A stretch of 64,000 nucleotides of DNA from Eledone cirrhosa (GCA_964016885.1 OZ024757.1:41292001-41356000), one strand, 5' to 3'. Counted from the first letter of the stretch, positions 37,886 to 54,013 are shown. Notes: a model not told the origin generated them from the letters alone. Program-made: numbers and translations.

Positions 37886-39067
37886 CATCACTACTCTCAT
37901 CATCACCATTATGTTCACCATCAACAACACCACCACCACCACTATTACCACCACCACCATCACCACCACCACTGTTATCACCATCACCACCACCATCACC
38001 ATTACCATCATCACCACCACCATCATCACCACCACCACCACCACCACCACCACCACCATCACCCCCATCACCATTACCATCATCACTATTACCACCACCA
38101 CCACCACTACTATTACCACCACTATTACCACCACCACCACCACCACTATTACCACCACCACCACCACCACTATTACCACCACCACCACCACCACTATTAC
38201 CACCACCACCACACCACTACCATCATCACTATTCCTTCTCTTTTAAAAGTAAAATCTGGCATCAATCAATTCAAAGTGTGACCAAGACATTATATTGACC
38301 AACACCACCACCACCATCGCCACTACCAGTAACACCACCACCACCACTACCTCCACCTACCACCACCGTCTCCCCTCGCCCCCTCCACCTACCACCACCA
38401 TCAATCTTCTTCACTATTCTTTAAACATCAGACCTTAATAATTACAGCTTTATAACTGGTTCTGGTTAATGTTTTAAACTGTTTCTCAATGGTAGTAGTA
38501 GTAGTGGTTGTAGTGGTGGTGGTTGTAGTGGTGGTGGTGTGGTGGTAGTGGTAGTAGTAGTGGTGGTTGTAATGGTGGTGGTGTGGTGGTAGTGGTGGTT
38601 GTAGTGGTGGTGGTGTGGTGGTAGTGGTGGTTGTAGTGGTGGTGGTGTGGTGGTAGTGGTGGTTGTAATGGTGGTTGTAATGGTGGTGGTGTGGTGGTAG
38701 TGGTAGTAGTAGTGGTAGTTGTAGTGGTGGTGGTGGTGGTGTGGTGGTAGTGGTAGTAGTAGTGATGGTTGTAGTGGTGGTGGTGTGGTGGTAGTGGTAG
38801 TAGTAGTGATGGTTGTAGTGGTGGTGGTGTGGTGGTAGTAGTAGTGGTGGTTGTAGTGGTGGTGGTGGTGGTTGTAGTGGTAGTGGTGGTTGTAGTGGTG
38901 GTGGTGGTGGTGTTGGTGTCAGTGGTGTTGGTGTTGGTATCAGTGGTGGTTGTAGTGGTGGTGGTAGTAGTGGTTGTTGTGGTAGTGGTGGTGGTGGTAG
39001 TGGTAGTGGTTGTAGTTGTGGTAGTGCAGATGATGGTGGTATTGCACTGGAATAATTGCTGTGATAA

Positions 39068-39247
39068 TAATAATAATAAGTGTTTCTACTTTTGGCACAA
39101 GGCCAGCAATAAACCAGTGCATTACTGGTACTTTATTTTATCGACCCCGTAAGGATGAAAGGCAAAGTTAACCTCGGCAGGATTTGAACTCAGAACGTAA
39201 AGGGACGTAACTCTATGCGTCAAAGCATGGCGTTTGACCCTCTACTG
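39068..39247 (-). mobile_element. Family B SINE
   Basis: Reverse complement of the family B consensus. Confidence 0.8.
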
Positions 39248-39610
39248 ATGTGAGGAGTCTGGGAGTCTTACAACCAATAGTGTAAGGTTCATGTTAGGTG
39301 TATGGCAGACAGTAAGACTGATCTTGTAAGATGTGAGGAGTCTGGGAGTCTTACAACCAATAGTGTAAGGTTCATGTTAGGTGTATGGCAGACAGTAAGA
39401 CTGATCTTGTAAGATGTGAGGAGTCTGGGAGTCTTACAACCAATAGTGTAAGGTTCATGTTAGGTGTATGGCAGACAGTAAGACTGATCTTGTAAGATGT
39501 GAGGAGTCTGGGAGTCTTACAACCAATAGTGTAAGGTTCATGTTAGGTGTATGGCAGACAGTAAGACTGATCTTGTAAGATGTGAGGAGTCTGGGAGTCT
39601 TACATCCAAT
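39247..39610. repeat. 83-bp tandem repeat, ~4.3 essentially identical copies
   Basis: gatgtgaggagtctggg recurs at 39247, 39330, 39413, 39496 and 39579. Confidence 0.92.
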
Positions 39611-39959
39611 TCTTGGAACTGGACAATTGTGAAAGGTCAAAATATTTCAAAACAATTTGCTAGCTGCTGTGAACAATACCTGTCAAAACCATACACACAT
39701 GCACACACACATGCACACACACATGCACACACACATGCACACACACACACACATGCACACACACATGCACACACACATGCACACACACATGCACACACAC
39801 ATGCACACACACACACACACGCACATGCACACACACACATGCACACATATATATATATACTATACACACACACATACACATATATATATATACATTATAT
39901 ATATATATACATTATATATATATATATATACATATACATATCTATCTATCTATATATAT

Positions 39960-40302
39960 CATCATCATTTCATCATTTCATTTTACGTCCGCTTTTTCCC
40001 TGCTTGCAAGGGTGGGACGGTAACTGATTTTTGGCTTGATTTCTACAGCTGGATGCCCTTCCTAACACCAACCTTATTTACAGTGAGTGCTGGGTGCTTT
40101 TTTGCCGTGGCACCTCCACGACCACTTTGCAGTGGAATTATAGGGACACCAGTCCCTATCATCTCATTTCTACAGCTGAGTAAACTGGAGCAATGTGAAA
40201 TAAAGTGTCTTGCTCAAGGAAACAACACATCACCCGGTCTGTGAATTGAACTCACAACCTTTCGATTGCAAGCCTAATGCTCTAACCACTAAGCCATGTG
40301 CC
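39960..40302 (-). mobile_element. Full-length family A SINE
   Basis: Reverse complement of 55468-55810. Confidence 0.85.
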
Positions 40303-40659
40303 TCCATATACATACATATCTATATATACACACACACACATATATATACTACACATATATACCACAAATATATAGACCACATATATATACAATTAGAGAC
40401 AATGCTAAATAAAGTAGGTTCGATGCCTGGGCTGGGTTGTGTTGTGTTCTTGAGCAAAACACTTCATTTCACTTTGCTCCATTATACTCAGCTGAAAACA
40501 AGTACCAGCAGCAAAAGCTGGGGAGTTTAACCTTGCAATGGACTGGTGTCCTGTCCAGGGGTAGTTTTGTACAGCCTATGTAAATAAATACGATGGTATA
40601 GGAAGAACAAAGACGCTTACTACTAAGCTGTACATGACACCCTCTTGGACAAAACACTT

Positions 40660-41115
40660 GCACATGTGACTTCATGTGAAACAGGATGTAATGAGTTAAT
40701 TTCTCTTGCTCATGTGGCTTCATGTGGTAGAAGACATTTTGAGTTAACCTGTCTTGCTCATGTGGCTTCATGTGGTAGAAGACATTTTGAGTTAACCTGT
40801 CTTGCTCATGTGGCTTCATGTGGTAGAAGACATTTTGAGTTAACCTGTCTTACTCATGTGGCTTCATGTGGTAGAAGACATTTTGAGTTAACCTGTCTTG
40901 CTCATGTGGCTTCATGTGGTAGAAGACATTTTGAGTTAACCCGTCTTGCTCATGTGGCTTCATGTGGTAGAAGACATTTTGAGTTAACCTGTCTTGCTCA
41001 TGTGGCTTCATGTGGTAGAAGACATTTTGAGTTAACCTGTCTTGCTCATGTGGCTTCATGTGGTAGAAGGCATTTTGAGTTAACCTGTCTTGTTCATGTG
41101 ACTTCATGTGGAACA
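40660..41115. repeat. 48-bp minisatellite, ~9 copies
   Basis: Unit gagttaacctgtcttgctcatgtggcttcatgtggtagaagacatttt. Confidence 0.92.
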
Positions 41116-41277
41116 TGACGTAATGAGCTAAGGTAACATCAGCAACACACTGAGCCAAGTATTCCATTCTATAGAGCCAATGTTGGAAATAAGAAAAATG
41201 TAAAGAGGAATACATAAAATTTTTGAAACATGTTTCTGCATTAGAATTATGGAGAGTGTTAAATGGTTTTCACACCA

Positions 41278-41600
41278 ACATACACACACTGGCTCACACA
41301 GACACACACATATATACACTGACCCACACATTCAGACACTTACACACACTGGCTCACACTTACACACACATATATACACTGACCCACACATACAGACACA
41401 TACACACACTGGCTCACACAGACACACACATATATACACTGACCCACACATACAGACACATACACACACTGGCTCACACAGACACACACATATAAACACT
41501 GACCCACACATACAGACACATACACACACTGGCTCACACAGACACACACATATATACACTGACTCACACATACAGACACTGGCTCACACAGACACACACT
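41278..41600. repeat. 60-bp CA-derived minisatellite
   Basis: Five near-identical 60-nt units. Confidence 0.85.
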
Positions 41601-43116
41601 GGCTTACACTGTCAGACACACACATATATACATAAACAGGCACACATTGACATTCACTGACACACACATACATACATATACAGGCATACATACATGCACA
41701 CTCATGCAGACACTCACTCACACAACAATATCTGGAGTATGAAACAATTTACACACAGATACACACACATCCAGTGACACACTCACACAAACATACACAC
41801 ACATACACACATACAAACATACACACTACACACACACACACACACATACACAATGATCCCTGTGAAGTGTTAAATGTTTTTCCTACTTACACAGCCTCTC
41901 ACATAAACACACACACACACACACATATATCTTCACACACACACACCCTCACACATAAATACACACACACACACTTCTCTGGAGTGTTTAAGGATTTTCA
42001 CACACACATACATACACTAACACACACACTAGCACGCATTAATACGCATACACACACACACACACTAATCTCTCCTCCATATCCCATCTCTCCTCCACCT
42101 CTCCCTCCCACCCTTCCTCCCTTCCTCTCTCTCATTCTCTCATTTCCCCTCTCTCTCTCACACAATAATCTCTACCTCCTCCTCTCCTCATCCCTCCCAT
42201 CCCACACTATCACCCTCTCTCTTCTCATCTCTCCCTCTTTCCATCTCTCCCTCCCCATCCTCTCTCTTCCTTCCCATCTATCCTTTCCCCTCTCTCTCCC
42301 CTCCCTTCCATCTCTCACCCGTCTCTGCCCCTCCCTTCTCTCTCTCTTCCCACTTCTCCCTCCACCACCATCCATCCACCCCTTCCGCCCTCACCCTCCC
42401 ACCTCTCACTCCACCCACCAGTAGCCCCTCCCTACACCCCCACCCTCCCTCTATTACATCAGTTACCAACACCAGTCAATTAATCATTATAAATATTCTA
42501 ACCTTAGAGAATTCCTTGATATGTTTGCCTAATTAGTTATGTTACTAATTGGGGCGTTAATGTAATTTAATTAACTTGTATAGTCTGCTGGTTAAGTTGT
42601 TGCTTTGATCATTGTGATGTTGTGGCTTTAATCCCTTCACGCAGCTGTCTGTTGTGACCTAAGGCAAGACATTTCATTTCACATTGCTTCAGTTTATACA
42701 GCTGAAAATATGCCACAACAACAACAACAACAGCAACAACAGCAACAATAACAACATTAACAACAGCAGTAACAACAACAGTAACAGCAACAACAACAAC
42801 AGCAACAACAGTAACAATAGTAACAATAACAACAACAACAATAGTAACAGCAACAATAACAACAACAACAGTAACAGCAACAATAACAACAGCAACAACA
42901 ACTGTAACAGCAACAATAACAACAACAGCTACAACAGCAACAACAACAGCAATAACAACAATACCAACAGCAACAACAACAATAACAACAGCAACACTAC
43001 CAATACCAGCAAACCATGTCACAGATGGAATGCCTTATCGAGTTCTTAAATAGAATTTTAATCATAGATCTACCCAATCAGGACTGACCTGGGGCTAAAC
43101 AAAAACATGTATAGGG

Positions 43117-43618
43117 TGAAAGTACCAGTAATGCACTGGGGTCAATTTAATCGACTCTCACCTACCAAATTGCTGGCCTTGTGCTTAAAGTAGAAACCAT
43201 TATTAATAGGGCGGTGCATTGGCAGTATCGGTAGAGGGTCGGACATGCTTTCCAGCATAGTTATGTCCCTTTATGATCTGAGTTCAAATCCCGCCGAGGT
43301 TAACTTTGCCTTTCATCCTTACGGGGTCGATAAAATAAAGTACCAGTAATACACTGGGGTAATTGCTGGTCTTGTGCCAAAAGTAGAAACAATTATGATG
43401 GCGGTGGATTGGTCGTATCGGTAGAGGGTTGGACGCCATGCTTTGCAGCAAAGAGTTACGGCCCTTTATGGTCTAAGTTCAAATCCCGCCGAGGTTAACT
43501 TTGCCTTTCATCCTTACAGGTTCGATAAAATAAAGTACCAGTAATGCACTGGGGTCGAAATAAGCAACTCCCCTCCCCCCTTTCAAATTGCTGGCCCTGT
43601 GCCTAAATCAGAAACAAA
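43117..43618 (+). mobile_element. Head-to-tail family B SINE cluster (tail plus two units)
   Basis: Period ~190 bp. Confidence 0.8.
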
Positions 43619-44241
43619 CATTTGCTAGAAATACTGGACAGGAGGAAAGTACCAGATCTCGCCAGTCGATCGAGTTTCAACAAATCAGATCTAGGAAACA
43701 ATGTTTCCAATCTTTCTGTTGGTCTTTCCAATTGCTAATACTATCTATCAGTCGCAGCTCCAGGTAGAAGGAGCAACGAGAAATAAAGTGTCTTGCTTAA
43801 GAGCATAACACATCGCCAGGTCCGGGAATCAAACTCACAATCTCACAATACCAGATATTTACTGTATAGACTATAAATGTGACATACAAAAGTTCATATT
43901 AAGTTATAGGTATTGCAGCTGCACTGCACTGCACTGCACTGCACTGCACTCATAATAACAATGTTAAAAATAATAACAACAACAACAATGACGACGAAGA
44001 TGATGATGATGATGATGATAAGTGTTAACAATAATAACAATAATAATAACAATAATTGTTTCTACTTTTGGCACAAGGCCAGCAATTATCCAGTACATTA
44101 CTGGTACTTTATTTTATCGACCCCATAAGGATGAAAGGCAAAGTTAATGTTGATAATAATGATAATGACAACGATGATGATGATGATGATGATGATGATG
44201 ACGACGACGACGACGATGACGACGACGATGATGATGATGAC

Positions 44242-44272
<31 letters not shown>

Positions 44273-45169
44273 GTGGTGAGAATGGGGATGATGATGTTAA
44301 TGATGATGACGTTGATGATGATGGCGATAATAAACAATCTTAAGTAGTTTTTTTTTTCTCTCTCTATTTTGGAAATTAGACGAAACACTGTGATGGTTGC
44401 TGGTTGTTTATCTTTTAGTGTTTTATTGTAAATAAAAAACAAGATCAAGGAGAGAAGAAGAAGAAGAGGAGGAGGGGAGGGGGAACAACAAAAGACAAAA
44501 GAGGGCCAAGACAAAAAAGGACCAATAACCAAAACATAACCAAAAACTAAAAAAAAGGCCCCGATAAGGCAAACAGAGATAAATAGAGGAAAGGAAGAAA
44601 AAACAAAATAACTGAAATGAAATATCAATAAACAAATATCAATAAACAAATAAAAAACAAAAATCGATCGATAAATAAATAAATATATAAATAAATATAT
44701 AAAATAAAGATTTTTTTTAAAATAATATATAAAAAATTTATAGATAGATAGATAAATAAATATATATATAAATATACAAAATCAAAAGAATTTTTAAGAC
44801 AATATATCAAAATAAAAAATAAAATATATAGATAAATAAATGAATATATAAATATATAAAATAAAGATTTTTTTTAAATAATATATAAGAAATTTATATA
44901 TAGATAAAAATATAAAATATAAAAATTTTTTAAAGTAATATATAAAATATATAGATAAATAGATAAATAATTAAATATATTAATATAAAATAAAGATATT
45001 TTAAAAACAATACATAAAAAATAGATAAATAGATAAATATAAAAATATATAAAAAGAAAATATATAGATAAATAAATATATATGTAAATATATCAAATAA
45101 AGATTTTTAAAAACAATATATAAAAAATATATAATATATAAATATATAAAATAAAGATTTTTTAAAATA

Positions 45170-45345
45170 AATGTTTCTACTTTTGGTACAAGGCCAGCAA
45201 TTACCCCCAGTGCATTACTGGTACTTTATTTATTCGACCCCGTAAGGATGAAAGGCAAAGTTAACCTCGGCGGGATTTGAACTCAGAACATAAAGGACCG
45301 TAACTCTATACTGCAAAGCATGGTGTCCGACCTGATCGATACTGA
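45170..45345 (-). mobile_element. Family B SINE
   Basis: Matches family B; a further fragment lies at 44050-44148. Confidence 0.8.
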
Positions 45346-45781
45346 TAAAAAATCTATAAATAGATAGATAAATATATAAAAATATATAAAATAAAGAATT
45401 TTTAAGACAATATATAAAAGAAAATATATAACTACTTAAATGAATATATAAATATAAAATAGAGAGATTTTTTAAATAATATATAAAAATAAAATATATA
45501 GCTAAATAAATAAATATTTAAAAATATAAAAATATAAAATAAAGATTTTTTAAATAATGTAGAAAAGAAACTATATAAAATAATTTTAAACAAAAATAAA
45601 ACAAAATTAATAATAATAATAATAACTATATTTGATGATGATGATGATGATGATGAACAATCTATAAATAAAATAACAATATATAGATAGAAACAAAAAT
45701 AAAAAATGTGAAAAAGTGGCCCTCACCTTCCATAGAAAAAAACACCAACTGTGTAAACTATTTGTTTTGTGTATTTAAAGA

Positions 45782-45818
<37 letters not shown>

Positions 45819-45987
45819 GTATGCATGTGTGTGTGTGTATTTATATATATATTATTCACAAAAGACTGTTAAAAGACTAGCTGACCCTGTGGTAATACTA
45901 ATGCTTAATTAGAAACACTCAGCAAGTTTTAAAGATCAATATGACATTTCAATTGATTTATTTATAAATTATATACAACACACATAT

Positions 45988-46028
<41 letters not shown>

Positions 46029-46277
46029 CACACACACACACACATATATATATATAAGGTGATTCAGAAGATTTGTAGTTTACTGAAGAAGGTGCCATTA
46101 TTAGTAATCTATGCTGTAGCAGAGTTGTTCCTGTTTTAAAAACAGTATTTTTTGTTCATCTTGTTTTCCTTAGTTTTCTCTTTATCAATTATCCTAATTT
46201 TATATTTATAATATACACCGACACATATATACATATATATCTACACACACATATACATACATATATATGTATGTAAA

Positions 46278-46490
46278 AGGTAAACAGAAATAACAACACA
46301 ATCGGTACAGTATATGGAAGGGATATATTAGGTTAACGCTTGATATAGCAGGAAGAGGGTCTTAACGTTTCAGACGATATTCCTTCATCAGAAGAAAGAA
46401 TGAGAAATAAGATAGATTGAGGGGACGGGTGGGGTGGAATTGGAAAAAATGTCTTTAGATAAAAATAACAGGTCCATTCATGTTGACGTC
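46278..46490 (-). mobile_element. Family F repeat with hammerhead at 46360-46395
   Basis: Minus strand reads tctt CTGATGA a GGA atatcg TCT GAAA cg TT aaga. Confidence 0.7.
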
Positions 46491-47002
46491 ATATATATAT
46501 ATATATATATATAAAATTGAGATTGGTTTAGATGTGGTTACTTCACCATAATTGCTTTATTGCATGAGATACATTTCTGTTTCATGGTGATGCATGTGAC
46601 TTCATCAGATGTTTATACCGTCATAGGTGTAGTTAATGCAATCATAGAGATATGTAACTGGTCATGTATGCTCACAAAGTTACAATGTAACAACCATATA
46701 TAAGCACCTTATTTCATGCGATATCTATCTATCTATCTGTCTATATATTTATGTATCTATCTATGTATCTATCTATCTATATATCTATCTATGTCTCTAT
46801 ATATATATATTTATATATTATGAGAACAGGTTAAAGTTTAAGCAAAGAATCTCTGCTTTCACCCTTAACGGGATCTTCTGAAACTAATCTTCAGATTTAT
46901 TATTACTATTTATGTATATATATCCAGGGTGTATAACTCAGGTGAGCACTCGGTGTTTAGGTTTACGTCAGTGACAAGACGTAGAGCTAAACAGAGTGTA
47001 AT

Positions 47003-47190
47003 ATAATTGTTTCTACTTTTGGCACAAGGCCAGCAATTACCCAGTACATTACTGGTACTTTATTTTATCGACCCCCGTGAGGATGAAAGGTAAAGTTAAC
47101 CTCGGCGGGATTTGAATTCAAACCATAAAGGGCCATAACTCTTTGCTGCAAATCATGGTGTCAGACCCTCTAGCAATACTGCCAATCCAA
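47003..47190 (-). mobile_element. Family B SINE
   Basis: Matches family B. Confidence 0.8.
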
Positions 47191-47268
47191 ATAATACAAG
47201 GACAATTTGTTAAGCCTTCATTACGTTTATTGATTGGTGACATGTGTTTCGCAATATATATATATATA

Positions 47269-47604
47269 TGGCTTAGTGGTTAGGGCATTGGCCTTGCAAT
47301 CGAAAGGTTGTGAGTTCAATTCTCAGACCGGGTGATGTGTTGTTTCCTTGAGCAAGAGACTTTATTTCACATTGCTCCAGTTTACTCAGCTGTAGAAATG
47401 AGATGATAGGGACTGGGGTCCCTATCATTCCACTGCAAAGTGGTCGTGGAGGTGCCACGGCAAAAAAGCACCCAGCACTCACTGTAAATGATGTTGGTGT
47501 TAGGAAGGGCATCCAGCTGTAGAAATCAAGCCAGTATCAGTTCCCGTCCCACCCTTGCAAGCAGGGAAAAGTGGACGTAAAATGATGATGATGATGATGA
47601 TGAT
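47269..47604 (+). mobile_element. Family A SINE with short LINE-derived tail
   Basis: A/B boxes, CORE-like centre, cccacccttgcaagcagggaaaag tail and (GAT)n. Confidence 0.85.
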
Positions 47605-48791
47605 ATATATAATCATTATCATCAATATTGTTTTAAAGTCTGCTTTTCCACGCATGCAATGGTTGGATGGTGAGTGTAGTGTTTGGGGTAGTGGGCTATT
47701 TTGTTTTTAAGACATTTTAAAAATACAATCATTACCAAGCCTCTATCACTGTATATATACTTAGTCTAACTTCATAATATTGTGTTGGCTGCTATTTCTA
47801 GGAGTTTAAACAACCATGTAATAGCACTTTCATTCCCTCAGTTGATATATTATAGCTGTAATTGTTGTTGTTGTTGTTGTTAATTCTCTTATTGTAACTG
47901 TTGTTGTTGTTGTTGTTAAACTGCTCAAGCAGTAATCGTGTACGTGACATAATTTTAAAGCAGATTCCTACATCTTCCACACATACACACACACACACAT
48001 ATATACAGATAGATATATACATGCATAAACACACAGATACATACACATATACACAAACACGTATATACACACATACAAATACATATTCACACACATAGAC
48101 AAACACGTATACATACACACTGACACACAAACACATACACACAGATACATACATATACAAAGACACAGATATATACCCACACATGTATACATACACACAT
48201 ACATACACACTTACACACACACATGCACACACATTGACACACATAAACATACAAAACCATGCTTACACACCAAAAAACATCTTCACAAACCCATAATAGA
48301 TTTGTGCTATTTGTACCATCCACAACCACTACCACTACTACTACCACTACCATCACTGATACCACCATACCACCAACACACCACCAGTACCACTACTACT
48401 ACCATTACCACCGACACCAACACACCACCAGTACCACTACTACTACCATTACCACCGACACCAACACACCACCAGTACCACTACTACTACCATTACCACC
48501 GACACCAACACACCACTAGTACCACCACCATACAAACCATACCACCGACACCAACACACCACCAGTACCACCACCATACAACCCATACCACCGACACCAA
48601 CAGACCACCATACCACCACCACACAACCATACCACCATACCACCACCACACAACCATACCACCAACACCAACACACCACCATACCACCACCACACAACCA
48701 TACCACCAACACCAACAGACCACCATACCACCACCATACAACCCATACCACCAACATTCCGAATTTTATTAACAATAACATCTCCACAATA

Positions 48792-48823
<32 letters not shown>

Positions 48824-49406
48824 CACCACTACTATTACTACTACTACTACTGCTACTACCATTACTACTACTATTACTACTACTACTACTACCATTACTA
48901 CTACCACTACTACTACCACCACCACCACTACTATTACTACTACTACTACCATTACTACTACTATTACTACTACTACTACTACTATTACTACCATTACTAC
49001 TACTATTACTACTACTACTACTACCACTACTACTACTACCATTACTACTACTATTACTACTACTACTACTACTACTACCATTACAACTGCTACTTCCACT
49101 ACAACTACCACTGCTGCTACTACTACTACTACTGCTGCTACTACCATTACTACTGCTACTTCCACTACAACTACCACTGCTGCTACTACTACTACTAATA
49201 GTACTACTACCACCACCACCACCACCACCACCACCATCACACTACCACTACCACTACCACCTTCTCCTCCACTTCTGAAGTGATTATAGCTGGACTGAGA
49301 AAATTTTTAAACAATTATGCAAATCACTTAAGATCATTATGCCTGAAATTTAATATATGTCATCATCATAATTTAACGTCTTTTTTAGCATGTTTGTTTA
49401 TATATA

Positions 49407-49452
<46 letters not shown>

Positions 49453-49836
49453 AATATATATAAACAAATATATATATATATATATATAAACATATATATA
49501 TTAAAAGGATGAAGAATAACATGGTAGGCTGTACAATATATTTAAATATATATATATAAATATCTATCTATTTATCTAATTATATATACACATATATACA
49601 TATATATATATAAATAGATATATGTATATTTATCTAATTAAATATATACATCTATCTATCTCTCTCACTAATATATATATATATATATATATATAAATTA
49701 TATATGTACATGTATGTATATACATATATATATGTTCATATGTATATATACATATATATGTTCATATGTATATATACATATATATGTTCATATGTATATA
49801 TACATATATATGTACATGTATATATATATACATATG

Positions 49837-49867
<31 letters not shown>

Positions 49868-49921
49868 ACATACATATATATATATGTACATATATATATA
49901 TACACATATAAATATATGTAC

Positions 49922-49957
<36 letters not shown>

Positions 49958-49967
49958 TATACCTTTC

Positions 49968-50004
<37 letters not shown>

Positions 50005-52446
50005 AAGAGAGAGAGAAAAGAGAGTGGTAATAAAAGACCTCACTGCTTCAAACCCTTCCATTTATATACTGTTAATGTTGCAGTAAAGCTACATGTTTAA
50101 GATGGCAGCCAACAAGGAAAGTTTTGATGAGTTTTTAATGTGGATAATTTTAGCCGATTCTAGCTTTTCTAACAGCTTTCAATATCTTTACTGATTCTGT
50201 AAAACTGAGTAAAACTGATTCTTGAAAACTTAGACAAGCAAGTAGTCTATCTGTGTTTAACTTGTATGTATAAATATGTATGTTTGTTTGTGTGTATGTA
50301 TATCTATGTTTGTTTGTGTGTGCATGCGTGTGTGTTTGTATATATATAATATATTTTGTATATTTATATATATATTGGGTGGATATATATAGTATATATA
50401 TATATATACATATTGTATATACTGTATAGTGTATATATGTATATTGTATATATATATTGTATATTGTATATATATATATATATTGTATATATTGTATAGA
50501 TGTATATATATTATTGTATATATATATATTGTATATATATATTATTGTATATATATCTATATATTATTGTATATATATATATTGTATATATATATTATTG
50601 TTTATATATCTATATATTATATATATATATTATTGTATATATATCTATATATTATTGTTTATATATCTATATATTGTATATTTATCTATATATATTTTAT
50701 ATATATCTATATATATTGTATATTTATCTATATACATATATATTGTATACATATATATACACAATATATAAATATATATACAATATATATCTATATATTG
50801 GAGGATGTATGGTGTGGTATGGGATAGTGGATGTGGGATTGACTAAAAGATAAAATTTCTTGTTTTTTTTTGCAACAAATTTTAAAAACTTTTTAAAAAC
50901 AGTTTTATGCATGAAATATCTTGAAGTAACTTTTAAAGCTATTTTATTATTAGTAGTATTTTTATTTATTTTTATTAACTTTATTACATTTTTGCCTACT
51001 AGATATTTTTAAATTTTGGTGGGATTTTTCGAAATTTTTTTTTTTGTGAGTCTTGTATAATAAAAACTACACATATACACATATAAACACATATATAAAA
51101 ACAGCAAAAAACTAGCTAAAAACTTTTCTTGCATTTAGAAAATATATTTGTATATATTTATCTTGTTACACAGCAAACTAGTGAGTAATTGAACGGCTTC
51201 GTTTAAAGATTTATGAGGAGTTTAAAATTCATGAACGCAACATAGCAGTTAGTATGCATTGAATATTTTTCTGGGGGGTTTTTTTCTGTTTTTTTTCGAG
51301 GGGGGTGGGGGGGTTTCAGTGAAGAGGAGGTTTCAAATCATTTATCCTCCAATTTCTTCCTTACCTCCATCACCACCCTTTCCTCTCCACTTTCTTTTTT
51401 CTATTACTACTACTTCATCATCATCATTATTGTCATTATTAATATTATTATTATTGTTATTATTATTATTATTGGTATTATTGTTGTTGTTGTTATTTTG
51501 AGGATCATGGATCGTGCTTAGAAACAGGTAGCATGAAATAAGATACCTCGCACAAAGGGTTTTGAGTTGCTTACATCGCATTTATTTTTGTATGTTTCAT
51601 CTGATTTCTTCTGGCTTCAAATCTGGCTGAGGATGAGTTTAACTTAGATGGTGGGGAAGGGTTCTGTTGTTTATGTTGTTTTGTTTTGCTTTTAATGGGA
51701 TCGATGATAAAAATAAAGTAACAGTCAAGAAGCAATGTACGTGATTTTTATTTCCATCTGTATTTTTTTGCTCATAAATGTGAGGCCTTTTGTCAGCGAT
51801 GTTAGACATAATGTTTACACAGATTTCCAGTGAAGTTAGACTTTTATTTTCTTGATGTCAGAAATGAGGCTTATGTTTTGGTAATGTTAGAAGAAATAGC
51901 TCTTGCATTTCAGTAGCATGGTCCTGTAACTCCTGAGGGAATCATAGGGGCACTGTAGTGACATATGGTGTCTCTAGGGCATTTAAAAATCTGGTGGAGC
52001 CCATCTCCTCTCCAGGTCTGAATACAGCAGATTTCTTCTCAAGAAGAATAAAGAGAGGGTGAGAGAATGGAAGCAAGGAAGAGATATAGAGGAAAAATCA
52101 ACCCCAGTGCTGGACCGATATATATATATTTTTTTTATTGACTTCAAATGGATGGCTGGCAAATTTAACCTTGGTGAGATTTGAACTCAAAGAGTAGAGA
52201 GCTAAAATGAATACCACAAAGAATTTTATCTGACGGTCTAACGAATCTACAAATTCACCACCTGTATATATAAATATGTAAATATAGAAATATGTAAATA
52301 TATAAATATGTAAATATATAAATATCAAGTTTAATATAGAAATAACTTCTACAGGACTAAAATTGTTTCATTCAAAAGAAATCATCAGGGATGTTTACAC
52401 TCTACTAATGTATTGAGTACCTTACTAACTGTGTTTACCCCTAACT

Positions 52447-52832
52447 GGATTGGCAGTATCAATAGAGGGTCGGACGCCATACTTAGCAGCACAGAGTTAC
52501 ACCCCTTTATGGTCTGAATTCAAATCCTGCCGAGGTTAACTTTGCCTTTCATCCTTACGGGCGTCGATAAAATAAAGTACCAGTAATACACTGGGATAAT
52601 TGCTGGCCTTGTGCTAAAAGTAGAAACCATTATTATATATGGCAGTGGATTGGCAGCATTCGTAGAGGGTCGGACGCCATGCTTTGACGCATAGAGTTAC
52701 AGCCCTTGCCATTCTGAGTTCAAATCCCGCTGAGGTTAACTTTGCCTTTCATCCTTACGGGGTCGATAAAATAAAGTACCAGTAATACACTGGGTGATTG
52801 TTGGCCTTGTGCCAAAAGTAGAAACAATTATT
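52447..52832 (+). mobile_element. Family B SINE dimer
   Basis: Two head-to-tail units. Confidence 0.8.
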
Positions 52833-52893
52833 ATATTATTATTATTCAATCACAAATACAATTAGGTATCCACCATGTTCAGAGCAAAAACAA

Positions 52894-52925
<32 letters not shown>

Positions 52926-53877
52926 AGTAACACACTCTAAACATAAAGAGGGGAATGATAACAGTAACTTTTTTCTCTACTAAAATAATTGCTTTAGTAA
53001 GATATAATTACATTTTTTATATCCTCCTTGAAATGACGTATAAAGAGAGTTTGAGATATCGCCATCGTTGCTAATGTAATATCAATTACAACCTCGTGGG
53101 ACTTGAGTTCAATTCTCAGTCACTCCTTAATTGTTTTAGTAAGAAATAATTACATTTCTGCTGGTTGTGTCGGTGACACGAGAAAAAAAAGCACCACCTA
53201 ATTTATCCTGTAGAGTGACAGTGCTGACACCACAACAAACAGCACCTGATTCAGTCTGTAAAGTTTTTTGTACTGGTGCAACGACAAACAGCACGTAGTC
53301 TACTCTGGAAGATAGTAGTGCTGGTGCCATGACAAAAAGCACCCAGTCCACTCTGTAAAATGGTAGTGCTGGTGTCACAAAGAGCAGGGGTAATATATAC
53401 TACACTGATGTTAGGAGGGGCACACAGACATAGAAACCAAGACAAAAATCGGTTGTGTATGAGCAAGACATTGTCATGTAACCTCAATTTGCTTCAAATA
53501 TGACAACCCAGCTAACACATGCTTGCATAGAAAATGGACGTTAAACAGTGTTGCTGCTAATAGAGGCTGATAATAAGATACATATATAATCATGATTATG
53601 AGAAACAGATTATATTTATTATCACATATTTATATGATATTTCAAAAGTAATTGCTTCCTGCAGCTTCAGGTTTTGTGAGAAGTTAAAATAGGGAGGAGG
53701 TTTGATGTGGTGTTAATTGAATATTACCTGATATCAATATGAAGAATCAAATACGTTTTGTAGTCCTTAATTTGTGCTTCTCTAAAGGTTTATTTCAGAA
53801 GCATATCGTATGGGGTTCCATCTGCAATCTCACTAAATGGCAAATCAAGCAAGTCTCTTCACTCACTATGACACACA

Positions 53878-54013
<136 letters not shown>

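Noticed and set aside
46575-46615. Minus-strand CTGATGA...GAAAC with acat/atgt stem I
   Set aside because: Stem II does not pair and the UH cleavage site is missing; at best a decayed relic
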